From Albugo candida (taxonomy: Eukaryota): a DNA stretch of 64,000 bases. Position numbers and translations under genes: made by a program. The notes beneath the pieces were generated by a model. It saw only the letters and a list, made by a program, of their open reading frames with translations. It ran no database searches and was not told the origin of the DNA. Position 1 is the stretch's first letter. Every line of letters starts with the position of its first letter. This document shows positions 11,621 through 24,100 of the stretch, one piece after another. The stretch is taken from assembly GCA_040437565.1 (NCBI GenBank), contig JBDOQK010000002.1, forward strand, positions 1-64,000, read 5' to 3'.

Positions 11621-14600
11621 ATGGTGCTAAGCAAGAAAGCACTAACTGGCATCGCCACTTATCGATACAAACCGTGAGCGTATTTCTATCCCATTTTTAC
11701 GTGTGTAGCTGACTGTAACTTATAGCAGGACGTACACACTTTTGGATAATCTATTGAGTCCATTCTGGAGTCGATGCGTATCATTTTTTCCACTTTGGAT
11801 GACGCCCAATTTGATCACCTTATTATGAACTTGCCCTATGTTCCTCACAACTTCCATCCAGCTTATTTATTCTCCCTGCTTTTCAGAGACCCCTTCTCGA
11901 TGGATTCCTATGGATGCAGCCTCAAGCTTGTTCATCTACCAGACACTGAAAGCACTGGATGGCAAACAAGCTCGTCGAACCGGCTTTCCATCGCTTCTGG
12001 GTCAGCTATTTGATCAAGATACCGTACCTCTCCAAAATCTACCTTTACTAATAATCTTTGGCAGGATGGACGCTATTTGTACACTATTTACAGCACGCAA
12101 TGCCGCGGCAATGGTGCAATACGGCGGAGGCTTTGGCACATTTTCCTTCTTTCTTCGTTCTGCATCACATTTTACCTCGCACAATGGGAAGAGTTTTCCG
12201 GTGGTTAGGAATGACCTTTTGCCTGTGTCATGTCCACAGCGTCTAATTCTGACGGCTCTTTAATCCGGTTTTTCAAGACCCTCCAACTCGGCACCTTAAA
12301 TGTTCGAGGACTAACGTCGAACAAAGAGCAGACATGCTTGGGGAAAAATCGCGCGCGGTACAAATTGGACGTATGTGCTCTGCAGGAGACTGAAATGACA
12401 GAAGCTCTCGTCGACGTCCGAAGGCTAAGCGATCGAATCATACTTCTTCCTTCAGCGAAACCCTATTACGGCCTTGGATTTATATTGTCCGATAGAGTTG
12501 CTATTCATGTGCATCGGTATTGGATGGTAACGACCGCATCGCCGTATTACAGTTGGAACTCTCAAAGAAAGTCACGGTCTCATTCATCAACGTCTATGCC
12601 CCGCATATGGGACGCTCTTCAGACGAATCTGATGCCTTTTATGACACCCTTCAGCAAAAAATACAGCGCTTTCGTCATCAGCTTTTCTTCATCTTGGGAG
12701 ACTTTAACGCTAAAATTGGGTAGCGATGCGAAGGCGAAACTTTTTTGGTTTCATACTAGCGCGGATACCGAAATGATGATGGTATTCAGCTCCGGGATTT
12801 TTGTGCAGAAAACGACCACTTCCTGTCAAACACAGCTTTCTTCAAAAGACGCGCACGCAATATCACCACATGGCAAGGCACTAGCAAATGGAGTACCATA
12901 TTTAATCAGATCGACTACATCATACTCCCCCTACGATTCAAGCTGCTACTTTCCAATTCATAATCTCGGAGCGGGATACTCGTTGACAGCGACCACCGGC
13001 TTATGACCACGCATCTTCAGCTACCCGATATCTATAAGATCCTCATAAAAATTTCTCGCGCGCAGCCATCGGAGCTTACTTTTGACACCGCCCTCCCCCG
13101 TGATCCGGCCATACTTGATTTATACCAGCAAACCATCGCTAAGGTACTTGTCGCACCAGCACCCGTTAAATCACTCTACTGGCCATCGGTACTTACTCAC
13201 ATCAAAGCCACCGCGAACAATCTCATCCGACCCAAGATTGATATCGCACAACGTCCCGATCACAATGATGAAATAGCCGAGCTTTCTCTCGCATCAAAAC
13301 GTCTCCGTGCCCTGATCACCAGCAGCAATAACCCTGTCGATCTACTGCTTTATCGGTATCGTCGACAAGCTCTGCTACGGACCATACGACAGAAGTGCAA
13401 AGCAGCTGGAAGACTTCGCGTAACCCAGCACATTATGGATCTCGAAAAGTACAAATACACAGAGAAGATGTACCAAATCGTTCGACGGCTCACACCAAAC
13501 AAGCGGCCAGCATTATTTATACGTGATCATGATGGGCGCATTATTGGGAATACCAAAGAAACAGCTCAAGTCATCACGGAATTTCTGTCAGCCCAATTCC
13601 ACAAATCCCATCTCAGTGACGTCTCTGTTGGACCATATATCATGACATCACCCATTACGGCGGAGGAAGTTACACAAGCATTCCGGCCTTTGAATAACAA
13701 TCGCGCACCAGGCACAGATCACGTCCCAGCCAAATTTCTCAAGTATAGCCACCCGGTGGTTTCCGATATCCTCGCTAAAGCAATCAATTGCGATATCCAT
13801 AACCCCACCACACCCATGCGCGAAAAAGCCTTAAACATAGTGTTGTCATCACCGTTCCGAAGCCTAACAAACTGACGGGCAGCTGTGCGAACCTTCAACC
13901 GATCACCCTTCTCAGCACCACCCGTAAGACCATATCCACGGTCATCCTAAATCGGATCCGTGAAAAAGTTGATGAATGGCTATCGCCTAACCAGAGCGGC
14001 TTTCGAGTCGCCCGTAGTACAGCCAATGAAGTCTGGGCCCACAGATGGAATATCGCATTAACGCGTCGCTTCCAGACTAACATTTTCATTCTAGGTATCG
14101 ACCTCAAAAAAGCTTTTGACAGCATCGATCGACGTCGGTTGCTGCTAATTCTGAGCTTGATTTTGGATCCAGACGAGGTCCAGTTGTTAAAAGCTCCCCT
14201 GAGAGCCACAGCCCTCCGGCTCCGCCTTGGTACAATTGCTACTCAACATTCGCAAGTAATCATGGTACACCTCAAGGAGATGCGTTCTCCCCACTTCTGT
14301 TCCTGGTCTACTTGGAAGCGATACTACGCGATTTGAGCCTGCACCTGGAAATTTCAATGCGCGATCTCAATGCCATTGTGTTTGCCGATGATGTGGATTT
14401 CATCCATCATGACCCTACTCGTCTCGAGCATATTCTTCTTGTTGCCGAGCAAGTATTCCGGGCATGGTCTTTGACTATCAATGTCAGCAAAACAGAGCGA
14501 ACGACTATTGCTCGTGCGCCGAACGCAACCGAGGAAAGTTGGCGTAACGTTCGCAAATTGGGATCACTACTTGGCGATTCTGAAGATGTACAGATACGTA

Positions 14601-16000
14601 AAGCTCATGCAACAGCTGCCTTCAAAAGATTTCGGGAAGTATGGATTCACTCTCACTTACTTCCAGAAATACTACGCGTTCGCTTACACAATATCTATGT
14701 GTTACCTATCCTACTGTACAACTGTGCAACATGGGTTCTCACAAAACGCGGCATTGGCAGTCTTGAAGCGTATCACCGACGTCACCTTCGCCGCGTCCTC
14801 CGCATTCACTACCCTCAGCAAATCAGCAACGCGGACCTATACAAGCGCTGTAACACAAAACCGCTTCAAATTCACCTGACGAGGTCTCGATGGAGACTCT
14901 TTGGTCATACTCTTCGCCGCGCACAGCCTATTCCTGCCGAAATTAACATGCTCCGATATTATGATTCCGCTGGTAATTTGCCGACTCATCGGGGACGCAC
15001 ACCTACTTGCCTCCCAACCGTTCTCGACAAAGATCCACGACTCGACATAACTTCCAGTCTACGTCTCCGCAATACCGCAGATCTGTACGCCCTATCACAT
15101 ATAGCACAAGACTGCGCACTATGGAAAGAACTTACTCAGCGTCTCTGCAATAGCCAGGAACTAATTTACCGGAATATAGAAACAGTCAGGCCTAAGCAAA
15201 AGCTGGAGTCTGCTAATACGGACTTGATGCCGCCGCGAAAACGCACATAATAATAATGGGAAGAGTATCACACAGGCATTATGACTTGTGAAAATGGCGT
15301 CATCGGAGTCACTGAGGGACACTTTTTGCTCACTGGAGTACATTTGATCGCAATGTTCTTCGGAGATACTTTGTATACCCATACGTTATTCGATTCCTAA
15401 CGACTCGGAATGTGACACCGGTCACAGCTCTCCTCAAAGCTCTTATTTCCAGTAACACTCTCCTTGTGCTCGGTAATATCACTCGTATACTGAGAAACGA
15501 TCAACGCATCTCGGCCGAGGTAACGGGGCACAGAAACGTTTTCAAAATTTTGGCTTGTATTCAACTCATTCCCGTGGCACTCATATCCATCGTCAGCTAG
15601 CCGTGGATTCCAGGGCCGGGTGAAGCAGAGTATCGTGCTTTTCCATTACTTTTTCTTGGCCCAATTGACATTTTGAATGTTCTTTATCGGTATGTTCCTT
15701 CCACGTTGCTGATTCGAATAATTTGAAATCGTAGACGTCTTTAGACTCGAATGATTCTCAGTCATACGTGCAAAGTCCCCTTTCCATCTCACTTGCGTGC
15801 GCTTCTTCCTGTGGTCTTGGTGACGATTAATGCCCACTTCCTCGTAGATTGGCAGATCAGAGTCGTGGATCCATCCGATGGTGGCGACGATCAGTTTTGG
15901 AGCGTTCATGCCGGCGATCTTCACGCACTACATCTACCATGTAGTTTGTAGTCATCTAGGGATTCATGCTTTCAAGATAAAAGCCCGAAAAAGTGATGCA
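11621..16000 (+). pseudogene. CEPT1: Choline/ethanolamine phosphotransferase (CDP-alcohol phosphatidyltransferase) pseudogene split by a LINE
   Basis: MVLSKKALTGIATYRYKP, intron, TYTLLDNLLSPFW...WMTPNLITL*, then YQTLKALDGKQARRTG...LGQLFD. Removing the LINE rejoins FYLAQWEEYHTGIMTCENGVIGVTEG. C-terminus CSHLGIHAFKIK. Several stops and frameshifts. Confidence 0.9.
12195..15254 (+). mobile_element. RTE-like non-LTR retrotransposon (APE endonuclease + reverse transcriptase), frameshifted
   Basis: APE motifs GTLNVRGL, LQET, GDFNAKIG, NQIDY, SDH. RT motifs NRAPGTD, QSGFR, IDLKKAFDSI, PQGD..SP, FADDV. (TAA)3 tail. 12-bp TSD AATGGGAAGAGT at 12183-12194 and 15255-15266. Confidence 0.95.
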
Positions 16001-16009
16001 AATACCATT

Positions 16010-17480
16010 TCAATTTTCTTCAAAACGATCTCCCGACTCACTTGTCATAAATATCTCAATACTGTCCACCAATTCTGCTTTTCGGCGTTATGTCGGTTGG
16101 CTGTGGAATCGGAGGAACACCTGCAACTCTTGGATAGTTTGTTTTTTAATCGTATTTCTTTCCACCATTTCTCGCCATTTTCCTATTGGAACATCTGAGA
16201 GGATGAAAATTCGGTCTGTTTACCGATGAAATCGATTCGTTTGGTGCGTTTCATGGGCATCTCTTTCATCCTCGACGCAGACTTTTACTATAAAGCTTGT
16301 GATGACAAGTCTCGAAAACGTGTACGTCCTATCTTTCGTTTGTTCTCCATAGTGCCTGACATTGCTCCGAAAGCTTCTTTGAATCTCTCAATTGCGTACT
16401 TCACAGAAGAGCAGCCTCCGCATCACGAGGAGCCTTAAATTCAAAGTCAACCCGGACGTCTTCTTGAGCAAATTCTGCTTCATCGGGTAAGGTGGAGTCG
16501 TGAGTTTCATCGTATTCTAGCTCTTCTTCATTACATGCAAGTGCCTGAATGCTTGCATAATACTTCTAAAACTCTATGTACACATTCCCGCGGGACGCAA
16601 CATACTCCCAAATGGCGATCCACGACCTGTATTCTCGAATCTCGGCACATCTGCAAGCTCGAGCTTTTCGATCATCGTCATGGCAAAATTCACAGCTTCT
16701 CTATCAGCTACGAAGACGTGAACAGAGCCCCAAGAATATAAAAAAAATGACCAACCAGTTGTAATCTCGTTATTGTCCACGCGTATGTCTCGTATATCGT
16801 CGATATACGGAAGGGAAGATCACGTGGAAGCCTGGAGGTCTGATCTGCCCCAACTCATCGTTATCCTCACGCTGGGGGAGGAGTGCGACATAGCGAGGCT
16901 CACTATAGGTTGTTGCGATCATTCGGGCCAGAATATACTTTTCTTCTTTTTCATAGACAAAAGAAAAGCAAGAAATGCCCTGGTACTTCCCTCAACAAAA
17001 TCATTACATGGAAATATGAAGTACGGCGATCGAATATTAGCACAATTGCGAAGAAAATCAATCGACTGCAAGCAAATGAGCCCGAGACTGGGCGTTCCAG
17101 TGGATTTTATCTCCACCACATCGTCTTAGGAAAAGTAGATATCACTGCCTCCGTATGTTTAATATCGTTTGATCTTCTCTGGAGTGAGATACGCACCTGT
17201 GTCATCACAGAGTCATTTCGTCCCGCGACGAGAGGTCGATTGATTGTGGCGCTGAAAGTATTGGCGAGCTGTTGTGCTAAACGATTTCAAAAGCGTATAA
17301 TTCGACGCCGATGACAATTGAGTGTGTGAGGCGTAACAGGAGGATTGCGAGTCGACGTTTCCGAAACCGCTTTCGGAGTAGAGTCTCCATGAGATCGTTG
17401 AGTAATGTGATCCGAACGCTGATTGGAATAAATTTTCTTTCCGTTTGAAGCGGAATCATCCGGAGGCATCCTTGCGAACT
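16010..17480 (-). pseudogene. XRCC6: Ku70 pseudogene (beta-barrel, C-terminal arm and SAP domain; N-terminal vWA domain not seen)
   Basis: Stitched frames give LRKRFRKRRLA, LCDDTGAYLTPEKIKRY*TYGGSDIYFS*DDVVEIKS, NIRSPYFIFPCNDFVEGSTRAFLA, SEPRYVALLP, GQIRPPGFHVI..PYIDDIR and the SAP-like QELQVFLRFHSQPT*RRKAELVDSI. Many stops and frameshifts. Confidence 0.88.
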
Positions 17481-18091
17481 TTGACAGCCTCTATTGCAAT
17501 TTCTTTCTTGATTCGCTTCGCGAGATAGTATCACATACAGCTCATCAAGCAATCTCGTGAATTATAATCAGTAATGTATGCTTGGCTGTGAAATTGCTGT
17601 CGAAACGAGAAGACAAAGCACGGGACGATTGCACGGAAGCATTCATGAAACTGTCAGAAAGAAAAAGCGATTCGAGGTCGAGTGCGATGACCTTACATCT
17701 AAAATATTCTTTCTAGAGTTCTCGCCGAAGGACACAGTTTGTGTGTCTCATAACGCGGCGCATAGTACGTCAACGAATTGAGTAGAGTTAAAGCAAGAGT
17801 CTGGCTTGCGTACGTCACCTGGGATGATGTTAAGATATCAGCCGCTATATATCGTGAGCAAGCTTCAGAGTGCGTATTAGCGACAACTCATTCGGGCGTA
17901 CGGTTATCGACGGTGCATGACTTTGTTTTATCCTTCCTCAATACTTCTCTATAGTTCTACACTGGTCTCCTACAACGTTGTCATCGTACCCCGCTTGACT
18001 CTTGGAACAAGCCGATGAAGGTCTTTGTTTGATTTCTAATCCACTTCGAAGCAAAAATTACAATTCAGCGTTACAAGAGAATCGCTTTCCA

Positions 18092-20737
18092 CAGTGCAAG
18101 ACACTTATAAACAGCACGGTTATTCGGTAGACAAGAGTTCTTTCTCTTCATAGAAAAGATTTAATGTAAAAAGAAGAATTCGATTGTGGTAAAGAACAGA
18201 CGCTACGCTGTAAGTTAATGGAAGCCAATTCTTCGTAACTTCATTTTTGTAGGATCAGCAGGGCCTTGAAGTTCGGCCAATTTCAGCAATTTTCAATGGG
18301 ACGAGCGATATTTGGCCGTTCAGAAAATCAATAACTGTATTACTGAATATTATTGGGCCCGAACTCTTCTATTAAGTATGTATGAAAGTTATCAATTATG
18401 AAACAATCTCCGAAATTATAGTCTCGTTTATGTACTATTGAGCCGTGAGGCAGTTCATGTCCATCAGGATTAAATTTGGTACGCGTCGGTGAGAACGGTA
18501 CTTTTTGACGGCATTTTCTGCAGCTATACCACTTAACCCTTTGCGGTAAACATTTCCATGTACCGCTGAGATTTTTTATAGTAGTTGCTTATCTCGTTCA
18601 AACTGACCGAATCCAGTGCTTTTGGCACCACGTCCTTTATTCCAGTCCATGAATAATTGCATTTTCCGTGCGTACCGCTTGGAAGAGCCCCAAAAGTTCT
18701 CAATGAAGTTAAATTCACAATTAAATTTTGGATAAAATATTATCATGTGGCGGGCACCAACAATTAGCTCTTCTAACATGCATTTCTAACGAAGAAAGTC
18801 TGGTTGATCTGCCATGATTTTTCTGGCACAGCAGTCCATTTGGGTTGTAGGACATTTCGCGCGACAATCAAGTGTAAGGCCTGAACGCCAAAGTCCTCGA
18901 TCTTCCAGGACAACTTTGAGACACTTTGCCTTGCCACGAAGTTTTTTAATTGCATGATCTTCTGGAAAAACCAATTCCTTTTAAATTCCATTTCATCAAG
19001 TCGTTTGTCGCATCAGATGTTGTTTGCCACCAGGGCTCAGGTTCATGCGGCTTGCACAGAGCGCATCGTCAGCAAAGGCAGCTTGTCTGGTGGCATTATC
19101 AAAGGCAAAGAGGGCCTGCATGCCTAAAAATTGTGCCTCAAAGATAAGGATTGCTCGATCAAGCACCTGGTTGTAGAGGTCTATTGCCTCCCACCATCCG
19201 TCGTGCTGAATTCCAGGGTGCGTGATCACACATGCTTGTTCTGGCAGCGTCGGAAATTACTCTTTTTTCTCTTGGTCCAGGGCGAGGCGTCCCGAAATTG
19301 GACAAAGAGAGTCACTGACATATATAGATCTCCCTTGGCCTTTCTTGTGCAATGGTTGATCTCCATCCGGCATCCAAAGACGCTTCAACCCATCATTGCA
19401 GCAAACGTGCTTTCATCATGGGTCACCAAAAGAAGTGGTTGAATGTTCGCTGCTGGCCATATTACATCATCTTGGGTTTTCTCGAAATTATCATTTTTTG
19501 CAGGGAAAACAGGCATGCGAGCATCAAGTTCATCTAATCTGACCAGAAACTTTTGGCGACACTCAATAACATCTTCTCTTTCATGACCATCGAAGTGAAT
19601 TCCCTTCGCAACTTTGCGGTAGGTTATGTCCAAGAACTGTAGCCAGCGCATCATCGTTCGTTCCGATATTTTGGGGCAAGGAGTATAGCCCAACTTGGGG
19701 AGGATTTCTTCATTGGTGTGTTTTGTCAAGGTTGCAATTTCGACATTGAACTTATTTGCACGGAAGTATTGTTGCAGGATAATGATACAGTCCTCGTGCT
19801 GGAGAAAACTTGATCGCTTGGCGTGTTTCCCTTGCTTCGACTGAGGCAGAGGCCCGTCTTTCATAAAAGTTCTGGCCCATGTCCGTATTGATTGATAAAA
19901 GTAAACCCCTCTTCTTGCTGCATCTGAGATATAGGAACTTGCGGCTTTCTTCGTTTTTCCTATTTGGAGTAGTCGAAAGTACCCGATTAGCGCTGCTCCA
20001 CACGCATGTGCTGCATTGTTATTCCTGTTTGGCTTTCGATTTAGTTATTTCAGATTCTCAACTGCCAAACTGATATCAGCTTTGGTCCACTCAGTACCCT
20101 TGTCTTCATCGGATCCATCATCCAAGTCTTCATCATTTTCGTTATCCACATCCACTTCAGAACCAGCTTCTGTAAAAATTGGTGTCAGTGTCTAGTATTC
20201 AGTCAACGACTTGGTGCCACTCGCAGCATCCTTCAGCACCGCCTTCTTGTGCCTTTGTGTGCGTGACGAATTTCCCAGATACCGCACTGGTAGGTTGCTC
20301 TCGTTGGTTAGCACTGGAACGGAAACTCTCTCAATATTTCCGATAATCATGTCATCATCTTCCACTTCATTTTCGCTCTCCATCTGGGATTCCTTTTTTT
20401 ACTGAAGGCGCTGCTGCATTCAAATTCATGCACTTCATGTACTTCAATTCTCTGCTTCTTGTTCTTTGCTGCATGTATCGATGCCATGTGCAAGTGTTTC
20501 CTATGTTTTTTAGACGTGGCATGGTTACTTTGGGAAGCTATAAGTGCAAAACAAATACGGAGGGCGTTATCAACTTCTGAAGTGATATGGCGATTGACTA
20601 ACCTACATACATACACTACTCTCGATTGGACAAAAAACGGTTATTTGCACTTTAGAAGTATAGGCTGCATGAAATTAAAATTTTGAAATTTGGCCGCATA
20701 AATAGGGGGTGGTGTCAATTATATGTGTCTTGCACTA
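18092..20737 (-). mobile_element. IS630/Tc1/mariner (DDE_3-type) DNA transposon with both TIRs and a disrupted transposase
   Basis: TIR AGTGCAAGACACTTATAA (18093-18110) matches the reverse complement of 20719-20736 at 17/18, with TA at 20738-20739. Transposase fragments: FDGHEREDV, HDESTF, ALFAFDNA, MNLSPGGKQ, CCARKIMADQPDF, YPKFNCEFNFIENFWG. Confidence 0.9.
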
Positions 20738-20960
20738 TAGCAAAATTTGAAAACGCCCTACTCGCCACATAGGTAGATTCGTTGGAAAACGTTTGTGTGC
20801 GCTATATTGAAAAACCTGACTTAAATCCGAATCGAAACATACGACATATTGCGTGGGAAATATCAGGTATCGGGTAGATAACAGTATTATATAATTAGCT
20901 GATTTTAGAACAGGTCACCTGATATAAAGCTGAGACATGAACGATCCCTTATTCAGGTCA

Positions 20961-21120
20961 GTATGATGACGTGTATCAAAGGGTAAAAAACGTTGGATGA
21001 GTTAGCCGTGTAGTGTGTATGTGACTTGAATTCAGAATAGGGTTGTGATGACGCGTATGGAAGGGTGAAAAACCTTGAATATGTTAGCCGTGTAGTCTGA
21101 CTTGAATCCAGAATCATTGT
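20961..21120 (+). repeat. Two degenerate ~80-bp tandem copies
   Basis: tgatgacgYgtat..aagggtRaaaaac..gttagccgtgtagt..tgacttgaatYcagaat occurs twice, with a partial third match near 20817. Confidence 0.75.
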
Positions 21121-23724
21121 GGTAACGTCATGTTGACAAGGAATAATTGCTTCGGTTACAACATTACGATAGAAGTAAACCGTCTTGTTCTCGTGGACAT
21201 CGTCTTGCTCATGATTGATTTTACTACACCGTGCGCCATCACCTTACCAATGTGAAGCAAGTTCGAACTTTTTACCTTGTTGAACTAAGCTACTTCATGA
21301 CAATTGCACCAGAGGCTGGATCTGAGTTTTTAATTTCCTGCATATGTTACTCACTAGAGCATGTGAAGACTGCCCCAGGAGTAGATTACAAATGTAAGAA
21401 TCGAGAGGACCATAATATGTGGAGCCTTGCGAATATCTTCTCGAACACCATCGTCAGCGATAGTACAAGTGTGGAGTACACGTATTTGACAGCTAAAAGA
21501 TATGGTTTGAATACACTCACATTCGACATCAAAGCTCAAGTTATCTTCTACGAAAGAATGAAGCACGGAGAAGCTGAAAAAGCTGGAGGATTTTCATAAA
21601 ATTTGATGTCAGCATAAGCGATTCCTTTCGTTCGACGTTTCCTCGCGATTTCGAAGACCCGAAAAGTCTCGGCAATTCGCAATCCTGCCCGTTGACCGAC
21701 CCAGAGCTTGACCATCTAGTTCTGAAATCACCTAGGTTGGAACAACGTGTCCCTCATGACGAAATTGCCTTTGAAGGATCTGGTAAAAAAAAATAGTTCT
21801 CGGTACAGGTATTCTGAAGCATCTGTCGTTCATAATACGCAGGTACCCTCGCAGAGGTGTCTTAATGCACAATGTGACTTTTGAGCCCATCAGACGGATT
21901 CATGGCTATGAACTCTTTGAAGCTAATTTTTTTCGTAATAAGTAGTTTCCTTATATATTTGTTCAGAAACGCCGTTTTCAAACAGAAGCTCAGCCATCAA
22001 TCGTGTCACTTGCTGAGAAGGACGGCATCCATTCAAGCAGTTATTTTGTACTCTCTAGTAAGTAAATTATCAATTGCATGATAATATCACGAAATCAGAC
22101 TTTCATATCAAGCTAAAATTATATCTGCTCATCACGGCAGCACAGACACAGACATGAAGCTTCTGTAAACACGATACTTGACGCTTCGCACCGCCCTTCA
22201 GTGCGAAGAATGCGGATAGAAGCAGCATCTAAGCATAGCTTGTGAGACATTGCATTGGTATGTCAGATCTACTCTCCTGTGTTCTTGCAGTAGTGTGTAG
22301 TATGGGTACTATAAGCGGAGTGTTCGGGAGGGCTTTCTAAATTTGACACCAGCATATATTTCCTGTGAGTCACGTTACTTTACGATGCGTCTTGTTTCTG
22401 ATACCAAAAAAGCTGATGCAAACAAAAGCAGGTTTGACAATATATAAAAGTGGCTCTAAAAACGCTCAAGACATATATGCTGCTTTCTATCGCTGGGAAT
22501 GGTTGCCGACCCGTTTTGCCGTATGCTGATACCCAGTCTTTAGACATTGACATAACTATGTATCCGTCCTGATTTGATGATAGCTGTAAAGTGCGTATTT
22601 GATTCCGTCATAATGAGTCGTCATGTTTATGTGCTTGTATCTTAATGCGCTTTTCAGCCTCGTGGTGGCGTACACCAATTTGGAAAACACGGCAAGTATT
22701 GTGTTGATCTGAGGAACCGTAGTGCAGGACTATCACGAAAAGACAGATTATCATCTCACAGGTACATCCATATAAGCAGCTGAGCTTGTACGCGTGACGT
22801 TTGAATCTTCTGCTTATCGACGACTACGGCATATGCTCACAGCGGTAGTAGTTGCTGGAAAGGGCTTGGCGAGAGCATAGTTGTTTTATACGGAGAGACA
22901 AGAAGGTAAGAGTGACTATTCCAGCGTCCTCAACAATGTGGTATAGTCGAATTCAGAAACGATTGCATGTCATAAACCGTTCATGTGAAGAAATTGCCTT
23001 CTTCATATGGTGTGTGCACCTCGATAGAGCAAAACGCTTCGCACGAAAGGTGGAATGCGTCTTCACCTCTGTCTTGGCTCTTTTCATGTACCCTCAAAGA
23101 AAACTAATGTGCCAAATGTGCTGACAGTTTTCGTGGCAGCCAAAATCAAGAACTTTCTCATCTTATCATTCCGGTCTCACTCAATCTGACTTTTGTTGCT
23201 ACTAAGAACTTGACATGATACTTCGATGAACCGGATCAGGTTTGCCTGGAAGCGACAATACCGAACTTTGTGTAAAGAGAATGATTGCAAAGGCGTGAGA
23301 AGAGAGGACAGATACAGAGTGCATCGTCTGTATCACGAGCATGCGCCAAGTTTTGCACATTCCCGTAATGAAGCGATCAGTATGGGTATGTCAATCTGAA
23401 CGACATCATGTGTGCAACAGTCCGCAGATTACATATCATCGGTATCTTGGCTTTGGCATATATCCGTCATAATGCGGGAATGGACGTGTGATAATTGGAA
23501 AATGCAGAAGTAGTGCCTGAGCACTTGAATGGTAGACGAGAAAGACAAGCTTTTTTCATCTTATTCAGCTTATATCTCTGCCTACCGCCGAATGTACCCA
23601 TCGTAAGACAGTACAACCGCTCCATTTATACAAGCAAAACTACATATTTGTCGTCCTATATGCTGGTGTTGATCATAGAATAAGAAAAAAGGAGCTCGGT
23701 ACACTGTCCTTTGGATACCAATAC

Positions 23725-24100
23725 TTGAACCTATTGACCGATGTTGCTAGTAGCGAGTCTACGGTGTTGTATTGCATTCGCCATGTAGATTCTATGTATA
23801 ATGGATGGAGAAAGCGTAAAATTTTAGATCTTGTGGATTATGTTCGAGATCCAATGATAAGAGAGAAGCATCATCAATTAGGCTGCACCTTCAAAGAAGT
23901 ATGGTGTAATCTCATGCGGGGTAGTCAACGGTACGTAGCATTGTTAGATTCGTCTCATATACTTTTCATAAGAAGCAGTGAGACCATAGAAGGCGATCTG
24001 TCAGACACCCACCTCCTTAGCAGTAAGCGAGGTAGGCTGAACAAGCTTTGGAGACGATATCCCTACGGTGTGTTTCCATGTAAAGAGTGTGTTGATTGCC
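23725..24100 (+). pseudogene. Histidine phosphatase / phosphoglycerate mutase family relic
   Basis: VLYCIRHVDSMYNGWRKR...YVRDPMI is a degenerate RHG motif (RHV); downstream sequence is divergent. Confidence 0.6.

Noticed and set aside
22184..22208. 8-bp hairpin as a Helitron 3' end
   Set aside because: No properly spaced CTRR terminus and no Rep/helicase sequence nearby.
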